Source of the DNA: Octopus vulgaris
Lineage: Eukaryota
Assembly (NCBI GenBank): GCA_951406725.2
Contig: OX597818.1
Coordinates: 11,098,001-11,162,000, forward strand
Length of the DNA stretch: 64,000 bases
Direction: 5' to 3'
In this document: in pieces, positions 10,317 to 23,098 of the stretch
How positions within the stretch are numbered: the first letter of the stretch is position 1
Layout: every line of letters starts with the position of its first letter
Made by a program: the position numbers and the translations under genes
The notes under the pieces: model-generated
The model's database searches: none
What the model was told of the DNA's origin: nothing
The model's input: the letters and a program-made list of their open reading frames with translations, nothing else

Positions 10317-10801
10317 TTGAATCCTATTTTGTATCAAATCTAATTTTGATTCAACATCTTTTTCTCCTCCATTTTTCTATAATTGTTTATGGTAATTTTA
10401 TACCTATAATGATGTTTTTTAACTATGTATGTGTATGTATATATATATATATATACGTATGTATGTATATGTATAAATACATATGTGTGTGTGTACACAC
10501 GTCTACGTATGCACATGCCCACACTTACATACACACATAAAGAATTAATATAGGCATGATTGAAGGCACAGGCGTAGCTGTGGTTGAAAAGTTTGCTCTG
10601 AGTCACATGGCTTTAGGTCCTGTCCTACTGCATGGCACCTTGGGCAAGTGTCTAGTACTCTAGCCCAGGGCTGACCCAAAATCTTATGAGTGAATTTGGC
10701 AGACAGGAACATACACACATTGTGTATGTTTGTGTGTCCTTTGGCATGTGATTGTAAATTTATGAGAAAACATGTTTAGCTATGGAGAAATATTACCCTG
10801 C

Positions 10802-11150
10802 CATCATCATCATCATCATCGGTGTTTAGCGTCCGCTTTCCATGCTAGCATGGGTTGGACGGTTCAACTGGGGTCTGGGAAGCCAGAAGGCTGCACCAGG
10901 CCCAGTCTGATCTGGCAATGTTTCTACGGCTGGATGCCCTTCCTAATGCCAACCACTCTGTGAGTGTAGTGGGTGCTTTTTACGTGCCACCGGTACAGGT
11001 GCCAGACGAGGCTGGCAAACAGCCATGATCGGATGGTGCTTTTTATGTGCCACCGGCATGAGGCCAGTCGGGGCAGCGCTGGCAACAGCCACGTTCGGAT
11101 GGTTCTCTTATGTACCACTGGCACTGGTATCACAGCTGCAATTTCCATTG
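10802..11150 (-). mobile_element. RTE LINE 3'UTR copy with tandem stem-loop repeats
   Basis: (CAT)n then gtccgctttccatgctagcatgggttgg...ggatgcccttcctaatgccaacc; homologous to 62560-62950. Confidence 0.8.
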
Positions 11151-11520
11151 ATTTTGATCGATGTAAGCTGCATCCGACCCATACAAACATCGAAAAGTTG
11201 ATATTAAAATGATGATGATGATGATGATAACAATCTATGAGTGGGTACTTGCAGTTTGCTTCCCAACCGTGTGGTTTCATAGCAATCCTAGTGAACAGCA
11301 CTTGGACAATTGTTGTCTATAGCCTCGTGATAATTAATGCTTCTTAAGTGGGATTGACAGAAACTGAAAGAAGGTTATTGTATATCTGCTTGTGTGACTA
11401 TTTTATTCATCTGTGTGTGTGTGCATGTGTGATTTGTATGTGTCTCCCTCTCTTAACATCACATGATGCTTGTTGTATGTAAATATTACTGTCATACAAG
11501 CTATTTGCATGCAAATTTAA

Positions 11521-11740
11521 CCCTTTAGCATTTAAACCAACCATATCCAGTGCAAATACTCTATTAGTTTTATAATAAAACCAACCAGATCCAGCCTCTC
11601 ACACCTACCCTACAATGTTGTTCTAAAAATAAAAAATAACATCATCAAAAATTTGAAGGTGCAAGACAATACATGATGAATTCAAAACAATATGAATAAA
11701 TAAGCCTTACATTTGACAGAGTAATCTGAATGCTAATGGG
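11521..11740. mobile_element. TTAA-flanked MITE, family 2
   Basis: TTAA|ccctttagcatt ... aatgctaatggg|TTAA. Confidence 0.85.
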
Positions 11741-12493
11741 TTAATGCTCAAAATATTAGGGAGAGATATTCACAGGCTTGGAAATAGATGAGGTTTTGGT
11801 AACAAGAAGAGCATCAAGTTGTAAAAAATCTGATTCAATGAATTTCAGCTGACCCATCGAAGCATGAAGAAATTGATGTTTAAGATGATGATGACGATTA
11901 TGATATATATACTCATACATAAATCATTGTCACCACTGCACTACTCTCTTCAATATCATCATATATATATGAATATTCTCTCATGGTAACTACTGCAGTA
12001 TAGTTTGTTCTAACAGAACATCTATGATTAAGTAGGAATGTGTGTGTGTGTGCCTGCATGGATATATATATATATATATATATATTTATCATGTGTATGT
12101 ATATTTTATACATACATATATATATATATATATTTCTGTTGTTGCATTTGGGCAGTCTGAAATATTCTAATTTCTTATATAAAACCGTTTTTCCCCCTTA
12201 GAAATTGTTCCAAGAAGAATTCATGATTTCCCATGCTTGTTTTCATGTGTGTGTGTGTGTGTTTTTCTCCAGTAAACAGATCTTTCACCCTGTTTCTCTA
12301 CTTGCATTTCTCTCTCTCTCTCTACACACACATATATATATATATATATCTTTACATCTTACACTTGTTAAGTACTTGGTCCTTCAGGCACTGGGGAATG
12401 GATTAAAGTCTGATGTTTTCTGCCACCTCTCCCTAACACAACAAAGCTGATACTAGAACTGATGTGAGAGGAATCTTACTGAGATATTGCACA

Positions 12494-12551
<58 letters not shown>

Positions 12552-12694
12552 TGTATATGCATGCATGCACATATGTGTATGTATATGTATGTATCCCTAT
12601 GTCTAAACATATATATTTGTATGCATATATGAATATTCATATACATGTATGTATTTGTCTATAAATTTGTATATGTGTGAGTGTATATACATAA

Positions 12695-12743
<49 letters not shown>

Positions 12744-13090
12744 TATTGGATTGTATGCTTTGAAAAATATGCTGTGAATGACAAGAGGGATAAGGTATCC
12801 TCTTTCAGTTAACAAAACCAACAGCATGAGAACATTTTACTTATTTCTGTGTTTGTGTGTGAATGTGTGTTTGTCAGCTTATGTTTCTGTGTATGTGTGT
12901 GTTTGCACATATATATATATATGTATGTATGTATTTGTGTGTGTGTTTTGACTTCCAATTTACTCAAGTAACAGGATAGTCCTGCCTAACAATCCCCCAG
13001 GGTAATCTAGCTGGAAAATAAACTACAGATATTTGTCATAGAACATAGAAATAGTGTTTATCATTACTACTACTGCTGCTGCTGCTGCTG

Positions 13091-13133
<43 letters not shown>

Positions 13134-13733
13134 CACCACTTTTACTACTACTGCCACCACCACCACTGTCTGGAAGGAATTGCCTCTTTTTTGTTTTCCC
13201 TCTCTATTTCCTCACTTCTCTTTATATGAAATACAGCCAACGAGATGAATAGCTGAGAAGTCTTTGGAAACGAAATGCCAAGATCTGTAAAACATAAGCA
13301 AAGCATAAAATTCTTACCAGTTGCTGTAGAATGAGTGTGTGTGTGTGAATCAGGAGCAACTTTTCAAGTCTAAGACATGGCTGTGTTCGTGTTTAATCTT
13401 TTTTTTTTATTATGGGCATTTTTTTTTCTTCACATTCTTTTATTTGTCCTTTCTGTTTGGTTTAGAACAGTAACATTCTAAATGCAGTATCCTTCAATGT
13501 CCCAAACCCTCCCTGCCTCATCATCAGAATGAAGTAATGATAACAATTGTTTTATATTTAAGGCTAATTTTGAGAGTTAGATGTTTGTTAATTACATCAG
13601 CTCCAGTACTTGATTACAATTTTACTTTATCATCCTTGGAGGGATGAAAGGTAAAATTGACCTCTGCAAGATTTAAATTTAGAAAGTAGGGAATCAGAAC
13701 AAAGTTACTTTGAATATATTTGATACTCTAACA

Positions 13734-14070
13734 AAGCAGGTCTCAACCAGGGCCACATGATCCTTGGGGTTCTATGTAAGTCTTTTGGGGTTCCACACAA
13801 GCAAAATAGTAAATTGGGGATCCACATAGTATTTTAAAGGTCAATGAAAAAATGTTACTTTGTATGTATTTATTGTAAGAAACAGCTGGGTTTGACATTT
13901 TATATAAGTCCAACCTACACAAGTGAATGTGTGAAAAACAAAATAGGAGATTTTAAAAAAAGCATGTATAAAACTAGTTTTTAAACATTGAATGGCTTTG
14001 GGGGTCCACCAGAATAGATTAGTAATTAAAGGGTCCAAAAGCAAAAAAAATAAATTATTGAGAACCACCA
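13734..14070. mobile_element. hAT-type MITE nested in a family B SINE
   Basis: Ends ..ggtctcaacc / ttgagaaccacc; 8-bp TSD ctctaaca (13726-13733) / ttctaaca (14071-14078). Confidence 0.7.
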
Positions 14071-14268
14071 TTCTAACAATGCTACCCATCTCAAACCTGA
14101 ATTAGCAGTAATAATGGCATACTGTTTATGCACTTTGTACTAGATTGCAAAGGATCCAGGGAGAACTTTTATAATTTATAAAAATCATCAGTTCTGATTG
14201 ATTTGATGTATTTTGCAATTTATTTATCTGCCGGCTGATTATTTTGGTTTGTAGTTTGATCTTTTAAA

Positions 14269-14683
14269 TTTTACTTTTTCAGTCTTTGGACAGTGGCCAT
14301 TCTGGGGCACTGCTTTGAAGAATATTTAGTTGACTGAATTGATCCAAGACTTATTTTTTAAAGCCTGGTAATTATTCTATCAGTCTTTTGCCGAACTGCT
14401 AAGTTACAAGGATGTAAATACACTAACACTGGTTGTTCATCAGTGATGGGAGACAAACACAGACACAAGGGGACATACACACACACACACACATACACAC
14501 ACACACACTCACACATATATGATGAGCTTCTTTCAGCATCTGTCTGCCATATCCACTCACAAGGCTTTGTTCAGCCTGGGGCTATAGTAGCAGGCACTTG
14601 TCCAAGGTGCCGCGCAGTGAAACTAAACCTGGAACCTTGTGGTTAAGAAGCAAACATCTTTCCACACAGCTATGACTGCGCCT
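14269..14683 (-). mobile_element. SINE family A
   Basis: Reverse-complement homology to 6256-6677. Confidence 0.85.
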
Positions 14684-15091
14684 GTATATTTATACCTCCA
14701 CAACAGGGAATTAAAGTTCAGTCTCCCATTTGACAGGTGGAGAAAAATTATAGTGTGAAAATCTTAAAACACTAATGGCCAAATGGATTTTGGAATGCTA
14801 TTGTTCCAAACTAAATATATAAATCTTTATTAAGGAAGGAAAAATCTTTTTACATATGTGTGTATATATACGTATGATGATGAAATATGTGTGTGTATAT
14901 ACATGTATATATGTGTGTTTGTGTGAGGTTTTCTGAGTAGGTAGATACCCCTTTAAAGATTGTAAGCTTATATAATTGACAAAATGTGAATATATTGATT
15001 ATGCTCTGTTCAAACTCTCCATTTTCGTTGATATATATATGTATGTATATATATGTGTGTATATGCATATGTAAATATATGTGTATATATG

Positions 15092-15140
<49 letters not shown>

Positions 15141-15715
15141 ATATATTAAACTAAAAAAACAATCAGGTTTTCAACATATAAAAAAGTATTGATGCATACA
15201 TACATTATTTCTTTTCTGTCCCACTAAATTATTCATTTTTATTTATTGTTTACATAATTTTTTAGCATATTCTTCCTTAGTAGATTTAATGAAGAGGACC
15301 ACATATTTATATCTTTTTTAGGGATGAAAAGTTGGAGAGGATTTTTTTCGGTAACATCATTCACATTTAAATCAAAATAACTAATTGGTAGGCTGTAAAG
15401 TTCACTGCCATTTTTTTTTCTTGCATTTCTTGGTAGTCATGAATATGGCTAAACTCTTAATCTATATGTAAGTCATAATCATTGTAGTTGGCACCACCTC
15501 ACTGGTGATGAAATGGAAAGAAGAAAATTGATCACATATAATTCCTAAAGGTTTTGAATGAATATAGAACAATTAATTTCATGATCTCAAGTTATGTTGT
15601 ACTGAAGAGCCCACAAGGAGGGTGAAATGGTGCTATCTACAACTGCTGAGACACTTAAGAAGTAAAATAAAAGAAAATAGTTTATATGGAATTATTATTT
15701 CATATGCTCTCTCAC

Positions 15716-15716
<1 letters not shown>

Positions 15717-15750
<34 letters not shown>

Positions 15751-15814
15751 TTAGTAATAATAATAATAATATTAGTAATAATAAAAATAATATTAGTAGT
15801 AATAATAATAATAT

Positions 15815-15877
<63 letters not shown>

Positions 15878-15897
15878 TAATAATAATGATAATAATA
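15717..15897. repeat. (AAT)n microsatellite
   Basis: Direct observation. Confidence 0.95.
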
Positions 15898-16097
15898 CTT
15901 TCTACAATAAGCACCTGAAATTTGGGCGGAGGGGACTGGTCGACCCCAGTGTTTCACTCGTACTTAATTTATTGACCCCGAAAGGATGAAAGGCAAAGTT
16001 GACCTCGGCAGAATTTGAACTCAGAATGTAGTACCTGGTGAAATACCATTAAGCATTTTGTCCAATGTGCTAATGATTCTGCCAACTCACTGCCTTA
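15898..16097 (-). mobile_element. SINE family B (~200 bp, AAT-associated)
   Basis: Minus strand: aaggcagtgagttggcagaatcattagc...ttctgagttcaaattctgccgaggtcaactttgcctttcatcctttcggggtcaataaattaagtac. Further copies at ~30333-30546, 30728-30930, 36470-36690, 39928-40132, 40146-40342, 40738-40962, 44765-44900 and 57565-57725. Confidence 0.85.
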
Positions 16098-16478
16098 GTA
16101 GTAGTAGTAGTAATAATAATAATAATAATAATAATAGAATTTATAAACCCTGAAGTGGTTCTCTCCTCTTAAAGGGGATCTTCACCCTCTCTTCTGTCTT
16201 TCAGTAATATTTGGAATCTTCAACAATAAAATAAAAATTTTATTGTCTTAAACCTCAATAGAATATTAAACAATATTAAACTTATCCTCATATTTAATTC
16301 TCTGTGGATTCAATCCTTCTGAGCATTTTCAATAAAAATTTAATTATTCCTACCATACAAGTGTATATCAAATATATGGAATGTATATTATAGTGATACA
16401 TTTATCTAATACCATTTTCAGCTTATTTCTTTTAAAATGATGTAATATTTGATGATATGTGTGTGTGTGTATATATAA

Positions 16479-16561
<83 letters not shown>

Positions 16562-16668
16562 GACTCTGTGTGAGATTGTATATATGTGTGTGTGTGTGTA
16601 TATATATATATACATGTATGTATGTGTACATATGTATATATATACATGTATATATATATGTCTATATA

Positions 16669-16720
<52 letters not shown>

Positions 16721-16989
16721 CATACATGTACGTTGCATACTGTGAAACAGCTAAACTTTATCCTTTTAGCATATATCTGTGTTTATGCGTATGTGTTTGA
16801 TGATGATAATGATGATTCTGATAGGATAAAATAAAATTTACCTGAATCACAGCAAGTAGCTCCACCTCCAATCATAGCTTCCAATATGAAATATTTGATG
16901 AAACGTCATTCATATAGTTGGTTTGATGTCTTATCTGATACCAGTTCCCTACTTTTATCAATAAGTTCAATACTTATATCAATAACTTA

Positions 16990-16993
<4 letters not shown>

Positions 16994-17052
<59 letters not shown>

Positions 17053-17078
17053 CTCTTTCTTCCCCATCTCTTTTTGTC

Positions 17079-17130
<52 letters not shown>
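16994..17130. repeat. (CT)n microsatellites
   Basis: Direct observation. Confidence 0.95.
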
Positions 17131-17135
<5 letters not shown>

Positions 17136-17232
17136 ACTCATTCTCATCAATGGCAATCCCTCCAGTTCCATCTCTTAATATCTGTTACAGCTTTCTCTAA
17201 TTTTTCATATCTCATAGACAGCTTTGAGATAA

Positions 17233-17301
<69 letters not shown>

Positions 17302-17782
17302 TACTACTACTACCATCATCAACATCATTGTCAATAAAATTTATATATTTTTCAATATTTATATATCCTATTTAGTTTACATTTTCATGTTTCAAAGCTG
17401 AGATTTGGTAGAGTTATTAGAATATCAGATAGAATGCCTTGCAGTATTTTATTAGTTTTGAATCTCTGTAGTCTATGTTCAAATCTCACTGTTGTCATGT
17501 TTCCATCTTTCATCTTTTTGAATTCAGTCATTAAAGTACCCATCCAAGGCAGTGGGAAGAGGGAAGTAATGGAGAGTCATAGAAAATGCCTTGTAGTACT
17601 TGTTTTGGCATTTTGTATTTTGAATTCAACTTCTGCCTTTAGATTGGAATCTTACTAATGGCCAGGGCTAATAACCCAGCCATGAAATAACCCAGCTAAT
17701 AACCCAGCCATGAAACAAGTGATTATGAAAGCTGCAATGGATTGAGAAAACTTTTGGCCATCTGCAGTCAAGCAATGATGAT

Positions 17783-18191
17783 ACTCTTTACTCTATTTTT
17801 ACTTGTTTCAGTTATTTGACTGTGGCCATGCTGGAGCACTGCCTTTTAGTTGGGCAAATCGACCCCAGGACTTATTCTTTGTAAGCCTAGTACTTATTCT
17901 ATCGGTCTCTTTGGCCGAACTGCTAAGTTATGGAAACGTAGCACACCAGCATCGGTTGTCAAGCGATGTTGGGGGAACAAACACAGACACGCAAATGTAC
18001 ACACACACACACACATACACATATATACGACGGGCTTCTTTCAGTTTCTGTCTACCAAATCCACTCACAAAGCTTTGGTCAGCCCAAGGCTATAGTAGAA
18101 GACACTTGCCCAAGGTGCCACGCAGTGGGACTGAACCTGGAACCATGTGGTTTGTAAGCAAGCTACTTACCACACAGCCACTCCTACGCCT
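17783..18191 (-). mobile_element. SINE family A, full length
   Basis: Reverse-complement homology to 6256-6677; head-to-head with a plus copy at ~18283-18768. Confidence 0.9.
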
Positions 18192-18764
18192 TGTTGATGA
18201 TTTTGAAACACATTTTTTATTGTGGATGTGTTACTTTAAAATATACATATATACACAGATACCTACATGTGTGTGTGTGTGTGTAAGAAGTTTGCTTCCA
18301 ACCACATGGTTCAGGGTACAGTCCCACTGTGTGGTACCTTCGGCAAGTGTCTTCTACAATAGCATTGGGCTGACCAAAGCCTTGTGAGTGGATTTAGTAA
18401 ACAACTGAAAGGAGTCCAGTGTATCTTCATCATCATCCATGCTGGTAGCGGCTAAATGGTTTGGTCATACTGGTAAGCCAGAGAGTTGCACCAGTTGTCT
18501 GTTTTGGCTTGGCATATATGGTAGGATGCCCTTCCTAATGCCAACCACTTTACAAAGTGTACTGGTATTTGTCCACCACCACTACTTGACAACTGATGCT
18601 GGTGTGTCCATGCCCCCATAACTTAGCAGATCAGCGAAATAGACTAATAGAATAAGCATCAGCCTTCAACAAAAATAAGTACTGGAGTTGATCCATGCAA
18701 CTAAAATTAAACTAAAAGCAGTGTCCCAGCATCGCCACAGTCTAATGACTGAAACAAGCAAGAG

Positions 18765-18837
<73 letters not shown>

Positions 18838-19036
18838 ATATATATACATATATATCAGGGGTGTATATTCTGGGTGTGCCAGTGGTGCACTGCATACCCA
18901 TTGAAAATGGCAAATTTATTATAAATATTAACCTTACTCATTAATTTAATCACAAATCTTAATGGAAAACATTTCTTATACCCCTGCTTGAAATTTGGTA
19001 GCATTGGGTGTGGCAGCACACCCTATACAACAACCA

Positions 19037-19087
<51 letters not shown>

Positions 19088-19091
<4 letters not shown>

Positions 19092-19616
19092 TCCGTAATA
19101 ATGAATAACACCCTTCATTATTACGGATAACCATATTTTATCTCAGTAGATGACCACAGCATCTTGTTTTGGCTACACGCGGGTGGGAAGGGGCTGGTGA
19201 CACAATCTTTTCACCCACACATTGAATTTGGTGATACTAGTTGTGGATTCTAGCTCGCTCTGATACTGAGTTGAGTTGATGCCTTCTAGTATCTCAAAAT
19301 TCAATATATAATCATTTATGATTATAGTATTCTACGCTGAAGAGAAAAGAAGTTCTTGGTAAGATAGAATTATTTAATATTTAATTCTTATGCTTTCCTA
19401 AAAACTTGATTTCGAAACGTACGTCCGTAGATAACTTAAAATTGTATGATAGATTGCCGTCAATTCATTCTCTCTTACCTGTTTGTGTCTGCCTTCCAAT
19501 TGCTGTTTTTACTGAGATCTCCTTTTTAGTAGAAGAAATAGCTATAACTCTTTGACTGCTATTTCTAAATTCGGTATGTGGTAAGGCAATTCGTTGCCAA
19601 ACCCTTTATTGCTTAG
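19088..19616 (+). mobile_element. Young non-coding PLE-derived/retrozyme-like element inserted in (TA)n
   Basis: Flanked on both sides by long (TA)n. Begins with an 18-bp perfect inverted repeat (19088-19105/19114-19131), retains CpGs, and contains an intact HHR. Confidence 0.75.
19331..19431 (+). ncRNA. Type-I minimal hammerhead ribozyme, intact core, extended helix II
   Basis: Helix I tctacg(19331-36)/cgtaga(19426-31); CTGAAGA 19337-43; helix II gaaa...tttc 19344-19413 with G10.1-C11.1; GAAA 19414-17; palindromic C-GTAC-G helix III; GTC cleavage triplet ending at 19425. Confidence 0.85.
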
Positions 19617-19661
19617 TATATATATATATATATATATTATATATACTATATATATTATATA

Positions 19662-19737
<76 letters not shown>

Positions 19738-20119
19738 TATATATATTATATATATACATACATATGAATGTGTGTATAATATAAATGTGTGTAAATTATT
19801 CAAACCACAAATGTTTCATCTAGTAAATTTTCCTCCTATCTATAAATTCACTCATCTTTACACACACTACTGTAATTTAAAGTGAACTAGTATTCCATTA
19901 CTTTATGTTTCATGCCAAATAGACAATTTCAGCTAAAAGTACATCAGATGCACCTCTGGCAATTACCCTATTGTGTTCAACTTAATGTAATAGAATACTA
20001 GTAAATTTTAGCTTATTTATTATATTATATAAACTCTGTGGACTCTACAATACATATCAACGAGCCTTTGGTTTATATCTCATATTGCTTCATTTGCAAC
20101 ACAAGTGTCTTATATTATA

Positions 20120-21238
20120 CTAGCAGACATACCCAGTGTTGCTTGGGATTTAAATGGCATAGTTTGTATATATAGTACAGTTGAAACATTTGATATGGGG
20201 AAGTGCAGCATTGATGACAAAACATTTGTGGAGTAAATGTAGGGCTATTTTGACCATGTGATATGCCATGTAACTGTTTGTCGTGGAAAAGTGGGTGGTG
20301 GTTATGTGATTTTTGAATATACCAAATAGCTCTCAGTGGATATACTCTCCTTTGTGGCTGTCAGTGCTGTTGTTATCATGCTGACCAATCAGCAGACATA
20401 GGAAGTACATCTATGCGTAAATTAAGCCAGTGGGTGCACTCAACAGTACCACATGAGAGAAATCTACATGAAAGAAACAACATGGTAAGGGAGTGGGGAT
20501 TGGCTGAAGCTGTTAATCCCCACCCTGGCCAGGCAAATACTACACTGTTCATCACTTTCCATTGTTCTTGCAGTAGCTGTACATGCAGCATTTTGTGATT
20601 GCGTAACTGAAGTCTCATGTGACAATTTATTTGCTCTCCTTCTTTTCAATTTCTCTGCTACTACTGTTTTTCGCTCAGTGGAGGATCTCTTCTTTGGAGA
20701 CATTATGTCAAGAAATATGATATAATAAACGAAGATGACAAGTGTACATTAATAATGAAATGTCAATAAAAAAGGTAAATAATATCAGTATCTTAGGAAA
20801 TTTTAAGAAATACATACAATGAACAAAGATGACACTGTTATGTTAATAATTAAATGTTGATAAAAAAACATTAATTAATATCAATATTTTTAAAAAATGG
20901 AAAACGTTCAACAGAAAAATTGTTACTAATAAGTTTTACACATAAGCAAATTAATTGCACTGGATGTAAGGGAGACAATAAATTTCTGAAAGTTACTTCA
21001 TAAAGTGTTACCTTCCTTGTCCACAATAATTGTATGTAATTCAGGAAAGGGTGTTTTCTGCTACCTGAGGCCCCGTTACTCATTATGTGAAAAATTTTAA
21101 GAGGCAAAACCACCTCTGGAACATAAGTAATGTATGTTCCCAGTTTAGGGAAAATCAGTTGTCAACTTCGAACTTATGTGGGTTTACACACACACACACA
21201 CACACTCACACACACAAGCTGAGTTTTATATATATAGA
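20120..21238 (-). mobile_element. Non-autonomous Helitron with RepHel N-terminal remnant
   Basis: Minus strand A|TCtatatata...cccaagcaacactggg hairpin (20132-20147)...CTAG|T. Internal ORF 20464-20703 (MSPKKRSS...KRRRA...TATARTMESDEQ) resembles charged RepHel N-termini (inference). Confidence 0.8.
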
Positions 21239-21332
21239 TAGTATAAATGTATGTGGGTGTGTTGTCTGAGTATTGATGTAGTAGGTCTTGGTATTATTCA
21301 GAATTGTCAGGGCTCACTGTTTTATACTTTAA

Positions 21333-21824
21333 CCCTTTAGCTTTCAGATTACTCTGTTAAGTGTAATGCTTATTTATTCATGTTGCTTTGAATTAATCAT
21401 GCATGAAGGTACATGATTAAGTGGTTAGGGCATTCAGCTCAAAATCATAAGGTCATGTGTTTGATACCTGGTAGTATCTTGTGCCCATGAGGAAGACACT
21501 TTATTACTCATTGCTTCAGTCCACTCATCTGGCAAAAATGAGTTGTACCTGTATTTCCAAGGGGACGGCTTTGTCACATTCTGTATTATGCTGAATCTTC
21601 CTGAGAACTACATTAAGGGTATGCATGTCTGTGGAGGGCTCAGCCACTTGCATGTAAATTTCACAGAGTGCCAGTTATTTTGTAGCTTTGATATTTTGAT
21701 GATGTGATTGTTTATTTTTTACAATGACATTGCAGGATAGGTGTGAGAGGCCAGATCTGGCTGATTTGAACATAAGACAGGTAGAATATTTTGGACAGAT
21801 ATGACCAGTTTAAATTCTAAAGGG
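21333..21824. mobile_element. TTAA MITE family 2 carrying a nested family C SINE (21405-21670, +)
   Basis: TTAA|ccctttagc ... ctaaaggg|ctaa. The internal gaaggtacatgattaagtggttagggcattcagctc... is homologous to 4180-4503. Confidence 0.8.
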
Positions 21825-22869
21825 CTAATAGAGACATGTTTCATATTTTTCACTGAGTTCCTGATAAATCCTTTACATATAGAATATATCTTGTTGCTCT
21901 CAAATGTTTTATTACACCATAAATATTATTATGCTCATTATGTAAGTTGATTTAAAATCGTGATAATTTTGATCTTTTTTTTTTCTTTTCGATTTGAAGT
22001 GTTTCTGTAAAGTTTTTATAACATAGAATATTTGTGATTTGTTCTATTAACTTTATGACTTCTCTCTACATTGTTAATACCTCAAATTATACTTGATTTG
22101 CAATTTGACCACCAGTATGTGGAATGATCTCAGAAGATGCTAGTTGCGTAATTTGGCTCAGCCAGTTTGTTGCTGTTAGAAACGAATGTACATAGGGCGA
22201 GATAAGTTAATTTTGATCAGTTTGAAATACTTTGATCTGATAGCAAATATCTTGTTTCAGAGTGCTAAATAGATTTAAGTTCTGTATATTTGATACACAC
22301 ACACGCATACACGCGCGCACACACACACACACATGTGCGCATGCACATTTGTACATTTCATATCATTTTATTGGCTTGTTTTCCATTTTGTATTTTGTAT
22401 CTTGATCAATATAAAATCCCACCACTGATTTATGATTTATCCTTGTTATTTCCTGTCCTCATCCATACTATGTGCCAATAAAATTCATTATCATTATTAT
22501 TATTGTCATTATCATCATGTGTAGGTTCAATGTTTTTTTTTTTTGTTGTTCCTTTTCTTTTTTTTTTCTATCATTCTTCAAATGTACCATACACTTTCCT
22601 ATAATCCTCTGGTTCTACTTCTGATTTAGCTATAAATTGATTTTCTCCCACCTTTAGATAATACATTACTTTCACATATTTGCTGTAACCTAAGCACATT
22701 ATGTCTTTATGTCTTCAATGACAAAAACAACAGACATTTCATGATACATCATTAACTTGTATTCTCTTGTGACTTGTGTCATCGGACATAATTTTGTATT
22801 AGATCACCAGTTGCTGTTTGCAAGCAAAATCATGATAGTTAACTATTACATCACCACTACTACGTTTTT

Positions 22870-23098
22870 TGTATGACATTTCTAGAGTTATTTCATGTTG
22901 CTTCACCATAACACCAATCATGTGTCACATTCCTGAAGCTGTTTCAGATTACACCACAATAACATCAATCATGTGTTACATCTTCAGAGCTATTTTATGT
23001 GACAATATCATAACATTTATTTGGTGTTACATCACTTTAGCTACAGCATGTAAATCACCACAACATCTATTGTGCACCACATCTCTAGAGTTGTTTGA
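22870..23098. repeat. Degenerate ~51-bp minisatellite (4-5 units)
   Basis: Recurring tgtYacatY...agagct/gtt...caYcaYaacatcaatcatg units at ~51-bp spacing. Confidence 0.65.

Noticed and set aside
17667-17715. Short direct repeats gctaataacccagccatgaaa x2
   Set aside because: Simple local duplication; no spacer structure or cas genes, and the context is eukaryotic, so not CRISPR.
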